This document shows positions 1 through 9,304 of a DNA stretch of 64,000 nucleotides, one piece after another (within the stretch, counting starts at the first letter, position 1; each line of letters begins with the position of its first letter). This stretch comes from Candidatus Woesearchaeota archaeon (GTDB lineage Archaea; Nanobdellota; Nanobdellia; SCGC-AAA011-G17; UBA489): contig JAERTB010000005.1 of the NCBI GenBank assembly GCA_016845225.1, positions 9,644 to 73,643 of the forward strand, written 5' to 3'. A program made the translations under genes and the position numbers. Under the pieces are notes generated by a model, which saw nothing but the letters and a program-made list of their open reading frames with translations, did no database searches and was not told where the DNA came from.

Positions 1-193
1 ATTGTTAAAAAATAGATTTACATTGTACACAAAATACCCAGATGAATCCGCCGACTCTTGTTTTTCCATAGATTGGACATCCACATTTTGGACATGGTTT
101 TTCTGCACTACATTCTTCCACTGTAAATCGCCTTGATATCTCATTTTGATTTCAAAACTGTTTATAAATATTCTTAGAATTTAGTTGTTGTTT

Positions 194-652
194 TTAACAG
201 GCCCAAAGACCAAATTTATTCTTTTTTGCATGAGATTCTAATTTCTTTAATTCTGCATATTTCTTAGTATCATGTGCATATTTATCGTAAACTCTTGCAT
301 TACCTGTTAAAATTAATTGTGCATTGATGTCTTTGTTGTTAAAATGAACGTATCTCAACAGCCTTCCATATCTTCCCTTGTTGGTGTAATCTTTTTCAAG
401 AAATATTTCTTGATTTAATACTAACTCATTTAGAAAATTCTTTGATTTGTTATAGTAGCATTCCTCTTTTTCTGGAGAATTTATCCCAGAAAGACGTATT
501 GTTTCTTTATAATTAATCTGAAGAGTATCTCCATCAGTTACCTTAGTTACCCTATAAGGTCCTTCAAATTCAGGAGAGGTACATGATAAAAGAAATAGGG
601 AAAGCAAAATTAGAATATTGAGTTTCATGTAGTATAGTTTAATTCTTGACAA
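194..652 (-). CDS. Thermonuclease (SNase/micrococcal-nuclease-like) secreted lipoprotein
   Basis: 152 aa. Hydrophobic N-terminal leader ending LLSC. SNase-like core motifs GDTLQI and TIRLSGINSPE. Confidence 0.7.
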   Translation of the reverse strand: MSRIKLYYMKLNILILLSLFLLSCTSPEFEGPYRVTKVTDGDTLQINYKETIRLSGINSPEKEECYYNKSKNFLNELVLNQEIFLEKDYTNKGRYGRLLRYVHFNNKDINAQLILTGNARVYDKYAHDTKKYAELKKLESHAKKNKFGLWAC

Positions 653-684
653 TTTTTAAAAACTAGCGAAGCTTTTCCGTAAAT

Positions 685-1053
685 ATGACGGAATTAGTTG
701 CTTTTTTGAGTACAGGGAAAGGAAGCTGGGGACACGTCAATATGCTTCTTAATGGATTTAATGGAGAAAAATGGGACAAAATATTCTTATTGACAAATGA
801 GTTTGGAATGAAAAACTTTCCTCCGCGAGAAGATGTTGAATTAATACAATTAAATATTGAAACTAGTCTTGCCAATTTATCTGAAGAAATCCAAGCTAAA
901 TTAAAAGAAAAAATTAATGGCATGGAGATAGGCGTTAATTTCTTTTCTGGAGAAGGTAAAGAACATATGGCCTTGATTAGTGCTTTAATGAAAATGGGAT
1001 TAGGTTTTAGACTAGTAGATTTAGACGATTCAAAAAGTGTGGTCGAACTTTAA
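685..1053 (+). CDS. Hypothetical protein
   Basis: 122 aa ORF with no recognisable motif. Overlaps an antisense 86 aa ORF. Coding strand uncertain. Confidence 0.3.
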   Translation: MTELVAFLSTGKGSWGHVNMLLNGFNGEKWDKIFLLTNEFGMKNFPPREDVELIQLNIETSLANLSEEIQAKLKEKINGMEIGVNFFSGEGKEHMALISALMKMGLGFRLVDLDDSKSVVEL

Positions 1054-1986
1054 TTTCTTCAAAACTTTTTTTAGATCTTTGCTGAACGGTGCAGAAATTT
1101 CTAATTTCTTTTTTGTGAAAGGATGCACAAACTTTATTTTTGCTGCATGAAGAAATTGCCTTTTCAATAACTTTGACCACTTTTTGTTTATTTTTTCATT
1201 CCCATAAGTCTTATCGCCTAAAACCGGTGCATTTTTAGAAGAAAACTGCAACCTTATCTGATGCATTCTTCCAGTTTTAAGAATCAATTCTAACAATGCG
1301 TAATTTTCCCTAGATTCTAGTGTTTTATAGTCTGTAATTGCGTGTTTGGAGTTAGAATCTGCCTTTTTACAAACCTTCATTATAGGAACATAATCTTTTG
1401 TAGATTTTTTTATGTAACAATCAATTGTCCCTTTTACAGGTTTAGGTTTTTCTATTGTTAATGCATAATATGTTTTTTCTATTGCTCTTTTTTTTGTTAA
1501 TTGATATAATTTTGAATTTGCTTTTTCACTTTTACCAAAAATAATTATTCCAGAAGTTCCAATGTCTAATCTGTTTGCTAATGCAACAGTAGTCTCTGTT
1601 CCCTTTAGATAAAACCTTACTTGGTTAACTAAGTTATTTTCTTTTACTCCGATTCCTCCTTGTGATGCTAAAAATGGAGGTTTGTTTACTATTAAGAAAT
1701 ATTCATCTTCAAATAAAATTTCAAAGGAAGTTTTATGAACAACTCCTTTTTGTTTGTAATCTAAAATTTGTTCATCTGAAAGAAAAATCTTAATTTCATC
1801 TTCTTCTTTCAATTTGTAATCTCCACTACATTTTTTACCATTAATTTTTATTTTTCCAATTCTTAACCATTTATAGATTTCAGAGAGCGTAGCTGAAGGA
1901 AAAGTTTTCATGATAGTTCTGTCTATTCGTTTTCCTTTTCTAAACTTCTTCAAAATTATCATTTTCTGTTGTTTTAACCTATTCAA
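1030..1986 (-). CDS. RluA-family pseudouridine synthase with N-terminal S4-like domain
   Basis: 318 aa. Catalytic-region motif GRMHQIRLQF and GDKTYG typical of the RluA/RsuA family. Confidence 0.8.
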   Translation of the reverse strand: MNRLKQQKMIILKKFRKGKRIDRTIMKTFPSATLSEIYKWLRIGKIKINGKKCSGDYKLKEEDEIKIFLSDEQILDYKQKGVVHKTSFEILFEDEYFLIVNKPPFLASQGGIGVKENNLVNQVRFYLKGTETTVALANRLDIGTSGIIIFGKSEKANSKLYQLTKKRAIEKTYYALTIEKPKPVKGTIDCYIKKSTKDYVPIMKVCKKADSNSKHAITDYKTLESRENYALLELILKTGRMHQIRLQFSSKNAPVLGDKTYGNEKINKKWSKLLKRQFLHAAKIKFVHPFTKKKLEISAPFSKDLKKVLKKLKFDHTF

Positions 1987-2030
1987 TAAAACACAATAAC
2001 TATTAATAAGAGGTAGGTTTTTGTTAGATT

Positions 2031-3110
2031 ATGAATCTTTTTGATAATATGTTGGGCGGTGATGAGAGTCTTTTTTTAGAAAGTATGGCCTTAGATGTAG
2101 ATTATACGCCTCCTTTGATAAAACATAGAGAAGGAGAACAAGGACACATAGCTAGCTGTTTAAAGCCCCTTTTTAGTAAACGGAGCGGTAAAAACTTGAT
2201 AATTACGGGAGTTCCAGGCATTGGGAAAACCTTAGCTACTAAACATATCCTTGAAGAATTGAAAGAACAAACTAATGACATTAAAACTATTTTTATCAAT
2301 TGTTGGAAAAAGGATACGCCTTACAAAATAATTGCAGAAATGTGTCAACAGTTGGGATTTAAATTTGTTGCAGGAAGAAATACTGATGAACTAACTAAAG
2401 AGGTTATTAAAATTTTAAATAAAGGTGCTTGTGTAATTGTGTTGGATGAAGCAGATAAAATTGAAGATCAACATATTTTTTATTCAATATTAGAAGAAAT
2501 ATTTACCAAGTGTCTTATTTGTATTACTAATGAAGGTGATTGGTTAAGTAAATTAGATCAAAGGGTTAGAAGTAGAATGCTTGCTGAACTTGTTCAATTT
2601 AAATCTTATAACTATGATGAAATTAAAAGTATTTTACAAGAAAGAGTGAATTATGCTTTTGTTCCAAATGTATTTGAAACTGAAGCTTTTGATTTAATTG
2701 TAGACAAGTGTTCTGAAATTGGAGATCTAAGGTCTGGATTGTTTTTATTGAAAAATGCTGGCGAAGAAGCTGAGGCCAAATCTAAGAGAAAAATAACTAT
2801 TGAAGATGCTAAAATTGCAATTGAAAAATTAGTTGAATTTCAACGAAAAAGTGCAAGCCAATTAGGTGAAGAAGAAGAGTTCATTCTAAGTTTGATAAAA
2901 AATAATTCTGGAAAAACAAGTAGCGAAATGCATGAGATTTATGCGAATAATAAAGGTAAATTAGCTTACACTACCTTTCAAAGAAAGCTAAAAAGTTTAG
3001 AAAAAGGCAAATTTATTACATTAAATAAAGTCAATATTGGGAAGGGTATGACTACGGTTGTTAAATATGGCGGACCAGAGAACGAGAAGACCTTAGGTGA
3101 CTATATTTAG
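2031..3110 (+). CDS. orc1: Orc1/Cdc6 replication initiator (AAA+ ATPase with C-terminal winged helix)
   Basis: 359 aa. Walker A ITGVPGIGKT, Walker B VLDEAD. Overall Orc1/Cdc6 architecture. Confidence 0.85.
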   Translation: MNLFDNMLGGDESLFLESMALDVDYTPPLIKHREGEQGHIASCLKPLFSKRSGKNLIITGVPGIGKTLATKHILEELKEQTNDIKTIFINCWKKDTPYKIIAEMCQQLGFKFVAGRNTDELTKEVIKILNKGACVIVLDEADKIEDQHIFYSILEEIFTKCLICITNEGDWLSKLDQRVRSRMLAELVQFKSYNYDEIKSILQERVNYAFVPNVFETEAFDLIVDKCSEIGDLRSGLFLLKNAGEEAEAKSKRKITIEDAKIAIEKLVEFQRKSASQLGEEEEFILSLIKNNSGKTSSEMHEIYANNKGKLAYTTFQRKLKSLEKGKFITLNKVNIGKGMTTVVKYGGPENEKTLGDYI

Positions 3111-3130
3111 CATTTACCGTACTTACCTTG
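3108..3130 (+). repeat. Copy 1 of a 23-nt exact repeat (tatttagcatttaccgtacttac) spanning the orc1 stop codon
   Basis: Identical 23-mer recurs at 15301-15323, spanning the GlyRS stop. Both copies are followed by T-rich tracts. Confidence 0.8.
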
Positions 3131-3179
3131 TGCGCGGATTTTTCTTTTAAACAATTGCTTCCTTGTTAGAGTATTAACA

Positions 3180-3374
3180 ATGGAGGTGATGAGTATGCAA
3201 ATAAAATTGGATATTAGTCATGAAAAAATAGAACAAATAACGAGTGAGAAATTATGTAGGTTGAGTTTGGAAGAACCCAATTTCTATGATATGGATTTTA
3301 TTGATGAGCTAGAAGAAAATGATGAAATTATGCCTTGTGAATCTGGATTTATGATGGGTTATTTGAGTGCATAA
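3180..3374 (+). CDS. Hypothetical small acidic protein
   Basis: 64 aa, D/E-rich. Support is weak. Confidence 0.25.
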   Translation: MEVMSMQIKLDISHEKIEQITSEKLCRLSLEEPNFYDMDFIDELEENDEIMPCESGFMMGYLSA

Positions 3375-3414
3375 ATAACATAATTTAAAAAAGAGTATTT
3401 TCCTTTCTTAATTT

Positions 3415-3999
3415 ATGAAAGTACTATTATTTACAGATGTTCATGCAGAACAAGAACCATTAGATCAAATTGTTGAAAAAAGCAAAGATTGTGATGTAAT
3501 GGTATGTTGTGGAGATGCAAGCATCTTTGGATCAGGACTGAAAAAAACAATCAAGAGGTTAGAAGACTGTAATAAACAATTATTCATCACTCACGGAAAC
3601 CATGAAATGATTAGTGAAATGAAAGAAGTTTGTGTTAAGGACCATGTTCGATTTCTTCATAAAGAAGCAGTAGAGTTTGGAGGAATTACATTTGCTGCTT
3701 ATGGCGGAGGAGGATTTAGTGAAATTGATAAAAGATTAGAAAAATGGGCAGCTAAATTAAAAATAAATTCAGATAAAAAATTAGTTCTTTTTACACATGC
3801 GCCACCATATAATACTAAATTAGATAAACTTCCCCACCTTGGACACAGAGGATCTAAAAGTGTTAGAAAGGCAATAGAATGTTTAAACCCTGATTTATTT
3901 GCTTCAGGCCATTTTCATGAAACTTTTTTTAAACAAGAAAAAATTGGCAAAACTCTTATGATTAATCCCGGAAATGATGGCACATTAATTGATCTTTAA
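3415..3999 (+). CDS. Calcineurin-like metallophosphoesterase
   Basis: 194 aa. Metallophosphatase motifs DVH, GD, GNHE and GHFH in canonical order. Confidence 0.75.
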   Translation: MKVLLFTDVHAEQEPLDQIVEKSKDCDVMVCCGDASIFGSGLKKTIKRLEDCNKQLFITHGNHEMISEMKEVCVKDHVRFLHKEAVEFGGITFAAYGGGGFSEIDKRLEKWAAKLKINSDKKLVLFTHAPPYNTKLDKLPHLGHRGSKSVRKAIECLNPDLFASGHFHETFFKQEKIGKTLMINPGNDGTLIDL

Positions 4000-4050
4000 T
4001 TTTCTTAAAAAATAAAAAAATAGAAATAAAAAATTAAGATAAGAGGAGAG

Positions 4051-4359
4051 TTAACGTCTCCTTCTTACTGTTTTTCTTCTTGCAGTCTTTCTCTTAACTA
4101 CTCTCTTCTTAGCAGTCTTTCTCTTAACTACTCTCTTCTTAGCAGTCTTTCTCTTAACTACTCTTTTCTTAGCAGTCTTTCTCTTAACTACTCTCTTCTT
4201 AGCAGTCTTTCTCTTAACTACTCTCTTCTTAGCAGTCTTTCTCTTAACTACTCTTTTTCTTGCAGTAGTTTTTCTTGCAGTCTTTCTCTTAACTACTCTT
4301 TTTCTTGCAGTAGTTTTTCTCTTAACCGCACGCCTTACTGTTTTTCTTCTTGCAGCCAT
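4051..4359 (-). CDS. Lysine/arginine-rich tandem-repeat basic protein (histone-H1-like low-complexity)
   Basis: 102 aa made almost entirely of KRVVKRKTAK decapeptide repeats. Encoded by a perfect 30-bp tandem DNA repeat. Confidence 0.5.
   Translation of the reverse strand: MAARRKTVRRAVKRKTTARKRVVKRKTARKTTARKRVVKRKTAKKRVVKRKTAKKRVVKRKTAKKRVVKRKTAKKRVVKRKTAKKRVVKRKTARRKTVRRRR
4076..4335. repeat. 30-bp tandem repeat, about 8 copies (agcagtctttctcttaactactctcttctt)
   Basis: Direct reading of near-perfect consecutive 30-mers. They are in-frame coding repeats of the basic protein above. Confidence 0.9.
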
Positions 4360-4395
4360 TTGGTTTCACCTCTTTTTTATTCATTACGAATAGTA

Positions 4396-4413
4396 TTAGG
4401 AACTAATTCCTAA
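4396..4413. promoter_or_regulatory. Perfect 7-bp inverted repeat with 4-nt spacer (ttaggaa ctaa ttcctaa) upstream of the repeat-protein gene
   Basis: Seen directly, about 40 bp upstream of the start codon at 4359. Candidate operator. Confidence 0.3.
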
Positions 4414-4510
4414 CTGTTTAAACTATATTTTTCCTTAAATAGTTTTCTGTTAATAGTTTTTTAGAAAAAAATTAAGTTATCACTTAAACATAAAGAAAAA
4501 AATTAAAAAT

Positions 4511-5266
4511 TCACAAAAAAGTTCGTTGATAATTAAGAAAAATATTCTTTTTTACTTCTTCTTTATCTAACTTTTTTAGTTCTGCAATTTTATTTATTGT
4601 ATCAATTACAAAAGAAGGTTCACTTCTATCTTTGTCTTTTGGTGCTAAAAAAGGTGCATCTGTTTCTGTTAAAAGATTGCTAATGGCTGTCTTTAATACT
4701 GCACCTTGAAAGTGTTCGCTTTTATCGATATTTGCAGGTATGGAGATTAACCACCCGTTTTCTTCTATTTTTTTAATTAAACTAAACTTACCAGAAAAAC
4801 AATGAAATACTACTTTCTTTATCTTTAATTCTTCTAATATTTCAATACATTCTCTTTCTGCTTTTCTTGAATGAATTACAAAGGGTTTATTTAAATCTTT
4901 TAATGTTGTTAATGTTTTTTTGAAAAAGGTTACTTGTTTTTCTTGAAGTTCTTTATCTTTTGTTAGGTGAAAATCCAAACCAATTTCTCCAATTCCTAAA
5001 ATCTTATCTTTGTTTTCTTTAATAAATTTAAGTTCGGCATCTAATTCCTTTTCGGACATTTTTTCAATTGTTGTAGGATAAATTCCCAAAGTTGCGTTTA
5101 GAATTTCATCTTTCTTTGTTAATTCCAAAACCTTAACATTAGACTCATGATCGGTTCCTGCATTGATTATTGAAATCATTCCTGCAGATTTCGCTCTAGC
5201 AATTACTTCATCCAAATCAGATTCAAACTTTGGATAATACAAATGAGTGTGCACATCTACAAACAT
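4511..5266 (-). CDS. tatD: TatD-family metal-dependent hydrolase/DNase
   Basis: 251 aa. N-terminal MFVDVHTHL and TIM-barrel TatD layout. Confidence 0.85.
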   Translation of the reverse strand: MFVDVHTHLYYPKFESDLDEVIARAKSAGMISIINAGTDHESNVKVLELTKKDEILNATLGIYPTTIEKMSEKELDAELKFIKENKDKILGIGEIGLDFHLTKDKELQEKQVTFFKKTLTTLKDLNKPFVIHSRKAERECIEILEELKIKKVVFHCFSGKFSLIKKIEENGWLISIPANIDKSEHFQGAVLKTAISNLLTETDAPFLAPKDKDRSEPSFVIDTINKIAELKKLDKEEVKKNIFLNYQRTFL

Positions 5267-5305
5267 AAATAGAATTAACTTTGTTTCATTAAATAAGCTT
5301 TCGGA

Positions 5306-6511
5306 TTAAACTAAAGCAACTAAAAACATTACTGGTTTGATTAAGAATAAAAATAACTTCCATAAGAATGGGGCCATGTTAATAAAAATCAATAATAGAC
5401 AAGTTAGACTTACTATCTTCCAAATTCTGTGTGCCCTTTTCTTTGTAGTTACTCTCTCTAATCCTGATAAAAGCATCCTTCCGCCATCTACAGGACCCAA
5501 AGGTAATAAATTGAATAAACCTACTCCCCAACTTACAATCCATAACCAGAAGAACAACATGTGAATCCATTGCATTGTTGGAGGTACAAACGCCCCATAT
5601 TTCTCAACAACTTCACCTTTAGGAATTCTTGCTAATTCAAAATTTGAAACGCCCATAAATCCCTTAGATGTGTTATCTGGATTTGCTGCCGCAACGAAAG
5701 AAACTGCTCCCTTGTCAGTTTTTAGATCTACTTCATCTCCAGGCAAAACATTAGATGTTGAATTTAAGAAATCTGAAAAATCATTTACTTCTTGATTATT
5801 TAATTCTATTATCTTGAAAGGAGTTTCTAATCCTGCATTCTCCATCGGATACCCTTCAATTAAATCATGAACAACTATTCCGTCTCCTTCATAAGCTGCA
5901 TTGTATAATGGCAAAGTTACCTGAGACATCAATAAGATGAATAAAAATCCAGTTAAAATATTTGAAAAAGGCCCTGCTGAAAAAACAGAAAGTTGAACTC
6001 TTCTGTTTTTCTTAGTTAATTGCTTCTCATCTGGTTCAACAAATGCTGCCAAGATTGGACCAAATAATGCAAGACCAGAACTCTTTACTTTTACTTTGTA
6101 TAGTCTAGCATAAATTCCGTGTGAAAACTCATGAATTACTGCTATGACTAAAATTGCTAGGATCCAGTGCATAAATGATAATATGGGTAATCCAGGTATA
6201 ACTTTTAACCCAGGTAGAACTGGTGCAACTGCAGGGGCAGCTCCAGACATCATTACTAAATCAAATGTTCCTTTGAATAACCAGTAAAAAATAAAACCCA
6301 TTCCTGCAAAACCAGTTATTATGCTTAGTAATCCCAAAACATGTAATGTTTTTGGAAATTTCTTTGCAATCTTATCCATCAACTTTAATCCAATCTTCGT
6401 TCTATAGATTGCAACTAATTTTCCCTGAAATTGGAATCTTGATTTGTTTTTAGAAATGTAGAGAATTATTACTCCGTAAAATATTAATGCTAATAATAAA
6501 TCTATATTCAT
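5306..6511 (-). CDS. Site-2 protease (M50 family) intramembrane metalloprotease with PDZ-like insert
   Basis: 401 aa polytopic membrane protein. HEFSHG zinc motif and a downstream LDG-type third ligand region. Confidence 0.8.
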   Translation of the reverse strand: MNIDLLLALIFYGVIILYISKNKSRFQFQGKLVAIYRTKIGLKLMDKIAKKFPKTLHVLGLLSIITGFAGMGFIFYWLFKGTFDLVMMSGAAPAVAPVLPGLKVIPGLPILSFMHWILAILVIAVIHEFSHGIYARLYKVKVKSSGLALFGPILAAFVEPDEKQLTKKNRRVQLSVFSAGPFSNILTGFLFILLMSQVTLPLYNAAYEGDGIVVHDLIEGYPMENAGLETPFKIIELNNQEVNDFSDFLNSTSNVLPGDEVDLKTDKGAVSFVAAANPDNTSKGFMGVSNFELARIPKGEVVEKYGAFVPPTMQWIHMLFFWLWIVSWGVGLFNLLPLGPVDGGRMLLSGLERVTTKKRAHRIWKIVSLTCLLLIFINMAPFLWKLFLFLIKPVMFLVALV

Positions 6512-6543
6512 GTTTTCCTCTTTTTGAAAATTAAGTTGATGGC

Positions 6544-6720
6544 CTATTTAGCAGTCTTAATTTTTCTAAGTGCTCTAAATTCTCTTGAACCACAGCTTCT
6601 ACATTTTACTGCCCTTAGTACAACTTTAGGTGCAGAAGTTCTTTGTTTAGACTTGCATCTTTTACATACAAATATTCCTTTTACTGTTCTTTCTTCTGCT
6701 GCTGGAAATTTTCTTGCCAT
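6544..6720 (-). CDS. rpl40e: 50S ribosomal protein L40e
   Basis: Hand-translated 58 aa (MARKFPAAEERTVKGIFVCKRCKSKQRTSAPKVVLRAVKCRSCGSREFRALRKIKTAK). CxxC...CxxC zinc ribbon and MARFPEAE-like N-terminus. Below the 60 aa cutoff of the ORF track. Confidence 0.65.
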   Translation of the reverse strand: MARKFPAAEERTVKGIFVCKRCKSKQRTSAPKVVLRAVKCRSCGSREFRALRKIKTAK

Positions 6721-6721
6721 T

Positions 6722-7117
6722 TTATTCTTTCTTAACTTGCTTCATAACCTTGTCTTTTAAGATTACCCAATAAATTACATTTACTCCGTCCTTAACTTCG
6801 TCTTTTAATTCCTTAGGAATATTAATATCAAAAGTTTCAAAGGATTTTAAATCCATAATACTTGCTGAGTCTCCTGTAACTGAAATTACTTGTGCAGTTT
6901 CCTTATCAATTATTGGACTTTCCATTTTATCATGATTAGGTTTGATAAATATCTTCTTTTGCCCATCCATCATTGCTACTGCCTCAATTCTTGATTTTGC
7001 GTGGCCGTGTTTTCCTGGTCTAGAAACTTGTATGCTCTTTACAGTGCATGCAACACCGTCAACTACAACGTAGCTTCCGATTTTAAGACTTCCAACTTCA
7101 ATAGGTTTTGTGCTCAT
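6722..7117 (-). CDS. eif5a: Translation initiation factor 5A (aIF5A)
   Basis: Start placed at internal Met (MSTKPIEVGSLK...). Hypusine-loop motif SRPGKHGHAK. The 184 aa ORF in the track extends upstream artefactually. Confidence 0.9.
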   Translation of the reverse strand: MSTKPIEVGSLKIGSYVVVDGVACTVKSIQVSRPGKHGHAKSRIEAVAMMDGQKKIFIKPNHDKMESPIIDKETAQVISVTGDSASIMDLKSFETFDINIPKELKDEVKDGVNVIYWVILKDKVMKQVKKE

Positions 7118-7210
7118 GAAGCAAAAGTCATTAGTGGGATTTATAAGTATTTTGTTTAGTGAGAGAAAAAAACAATGTTTAAATAGGGAAGCAAATAAAA
7201 TACTACGAAA

Positions 7211-7885
7211 ATGGTAATAAAAAAAGGCGATTTTGTTGAAATCGATTTCATTGGCAGGGTAAAAGATGGAAGGCATATCTTTGACCTTACTAAGAAGACT
7301 GTTGCTGAAAAAGAAGGAATTTTTAACAAAAATGCAGATTATTCTCCAAAGATTATTTGTGTTGGAAACGGAGATGTTGTTAAAGGATTAGATAATTTTC
7401 TTGAAGGTAAAAAGATTGGAGAAAAATATGAATTTGATGTGAGTATAGAAGAAGGATTTGGTAAAAAAAATGCTAAGTTAATTAAAATGCTACCATTAAA
7501 TATTTTCAAAAAACAAAATTTAAGACCCTTTCCAGGATTACAAGTTGATATTGACGGTTCTTATGGAACTGTAAGAACAGTATCTGGAGGAAGAGTTTTA
7601 GTTGACTTTAATCATCCTCTCTCTGGAAAAGAATTAAACTATGAAATTGAGATTAACAAATTAATTACAGACGATACTGAAAAAGTAAAAAGCGTACTTA
7701 AGGGAATGATCTCTAAAGATATTGAATGTACTGTAAAGGATGGAAATGCGATAATTGATTTAGATTTACCAGAACAATATCAAAAAATACTTGCAGATAG
7801 AATAAAAAAAGCCGTTAAATCCTTGAAAAAAGTTGACTTTAAGAAGAAGGAACTTAAAAAGGAAAAGGCAAAAACTTCAAAGTAA
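7211..7885 (+). CDS. FKBP-type peptidyl-prolyl cis-trans isomerase (SlyD-like, with IF domain)
   Basis: 224 aa. FKBP N-terminal fold motifs (GDFVEIDFIGR, KIICVGNG) and a lysine-rich tail. Confidence 0.8.
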   Translation: MVIKKGDFVEIDFIGRVKDGRHIFDLTKKTVAEKEGIFNKNADYSPKIICVGNGDVVKGLDNFLEGKKIGEKYEFDVSIEEGFGKKNAKLIKMLPLNIFKKQNLRPFPGLQVDIDGSYGTVRTVSGGRVLVDFNHPLSGKELNYEIEINKLITDDTEKVKSVLKGMISKDIECTVKDGNAIIDLDLPEQYQKILADRIKKAVKSLKKVDFKKKELKKEKAKTSK

Positions 7886-7957
7886 CTACTTTAAGATAAT
7901 TAAATTTATATATTGATTTTTTCTTTTTCTAACCATCGTAATTTTCGAGATAAAAAG

Positions 7958-9085
7958 ATGGATAGTATGTTAAGAAGCGCGCAAGAGGCAAGTTTGGTTA
8001 ATAGGGAACTCCCTAAAAAATCTTCTTCTAGTATTGATAAGGAACTTGAAGGGTTAATCAAACAACAAACGGCTAGAATTAAAGTTGTTGGAACTGGTGG
8101 AGCTGGAAACAATACTATTAATAGAATTAAAGAAGTTGGCATTGCTGGAACAGAAATTGTTGCTGCAAATACAGATGCTCAAGATCTTCTATACACTGTT
8201 GCAGATTCTAAGATCCTTCTAGGTAGAGAAAGTACTTTAGGATTAGGTGCTGGTGGAAAACCTCTAGTTGGAGAAGAAGCTGCAAGAGAAAGTGAACATG
8301 AAATTAAAGCTAAACTTCATGGTGCAGACATGGTATTCATTACTTGTGGATTAGGTGGTGGAACTGGAACTGGAAGCGCACCAGTAATTGCTGAACAGGC
8401 TAGAAAAATAGGTGCACTTACAATCGCAATCGTAACAATTCCATTTGAGATGGAAGGTAAAAATAGATATGCAAATGCAATGGAAGGATTGGAAAAATTA
8501 GAAAAGAATGTAGATACTTTAATCGTAATTCCAAATGATAAACTTCTAGAACTAGCACCGGATTTGCCAGTTCAAACTGCGTTTAGAGTTGCAGATGAAA
8601 TACTTACAAATTCTGTTAAAGGAATTGCAGAATTAATTACCAGAACAGGATTAGTTAACTTAGATTTTGCAGATATTAAAGCTGTGATGGGTCAAGGAGG
8701 AGTTGCTATGATAGGAGTTGGTGAAAGTGATTCTGAAAATAGAGCAATGGAAAGTGTTGGAAAGGCTTTGACAAATCCGTTATTGGATATTAATATTAGT
8801 GGTGCAAATGGTGCACTAGTTAATGTGTCTGGTGGACCAGATATGACTCTCGATGAAGCAAGAACTGTTGTAGAGGCAGTATCTACTCAATTAAGTGATG
8901 ATGCTAAGATTATCTGGGGAGCACAAGTTTCTGAAGACCTTCCTAAGACCATAAGGACAATGATTATTGTTACTGGGGTGGATAGTAGCCAGATTAGTGG
9001 TAGAACTAAAGATGCTTCTCAAAAAGCTAAAAAAGAGATTGAAAGAGAGTTAGGAATTGACTTTCTTGGCGACGATACCTTTTAA
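7958..9085 (+). CDS. ftsZ: Cell division GTPase FtsZ
   Basis: Tubulin signature GGGTGTG and N-terminal GTGGAGNN. Start chosen at MDSML; an upstream in-frame ATG at 7913 is also possible. Confidence 0.9.
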   Translation: MDSMLRSAQEASLVNRELPKKSSSSIDKELEGLIKQQTARIKVVGTGGAGNNTINRIKEVGIAGTEIVAANTDAQDLLYTVADSKILLGRESTLGLGAGGKPLVGEEAARESEHEIKAKLHGADMVFITCGLGGGTGTGSAPVIAEQARKIGALTIAIVTIPFEMEGKNRYANAMEGLEKLEKNVDTLIVIPNDKLLELAPDLPVQTAFRVADEILTNSVKGIAELITRTGLVNLDFADIKAVMGQGGVAMIGVGESDSENRAMESVGKALTNPLLDINISGANGALVNVSGGPDMTLDEARTVVEAVSTQLSDDAKIIWGAQVSEDLPKTIRTMIIVTGVDSSQISGRTKDASQKAKKEIERELGIDFLGDDTF

Positions 9086-9124
9086 TCAAAAGGTTTAAAA
9101 GGCAAAGGATGGATTCTCAGGATT

Positions 9125-9295
9125 GTGGCATCAAAAATAAAATCTTTCTTTAAGGAGTGTATAAGAGTCTTTAAAGTGACTAAAAAGCCCTCAATGGAAG
9201 AATTAAAGGTTATTGTGAAAGTAAGTGGAATAGGAATGCTTATAATTGGAATAATCGGGTTTTTTATTCAAATTGGATGGCAGATGTTTAGCTAG
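9125..9295 (+). CDS. secE: Preprotein translocase SecE/Sec61-gamma
   Basis: Hand-translated 56 aa (ASKIKSFFKECIRVFKVTKKPSMEELKVIVKVSGIGMLIIGIIGFFIQIGWQMFS). No in-frame ATG, so a GTG start is inferred. Conserved position upstream of Spt5-L11. Confidence 0.7.
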   Translation: MASKIKSFFKECIRVFKVTKKPSMEELKVIVKVSGIGMLIIGIIGFFIQIGWQMFS

Positions 9296-9304
9296 GAGAA
9301 AAAT

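Noticed and set aside
1-158. Minus-strand Cys-containing reading frame (…CSAEKPCPKCGCPIYGKTRVGG…) at the window edge
   Set aside because: No in-frame start codon before an upstream stop. An alternative frame runs off the window. Too little sequence to call.
3180-3200. C-box-like GTGATGA that might indicate a C/D box sRNA after the 23-nt repeat
   Set aside because: No matching D, C' or D' boxes at appropriate spacing, and the region reads as the start of a small ORF.
4076-4335. The 30-bp tandem repeat (and the 21-bp repeat at 61090-61245) as a possible CRISPR array
   Set aside because: The repeats are directly contiguous with no unique spacers and are in-frame within long ORFs. They are coding minisatellites, not CRISPR.
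6524-6760. 78 aa plus-strand ORF from the track
   Set aside because: It lies antisense to the much better-supported L40e gene (6544-6720) and overlaps the eIF5A 3' end. It is hydrophobic low-complexity.
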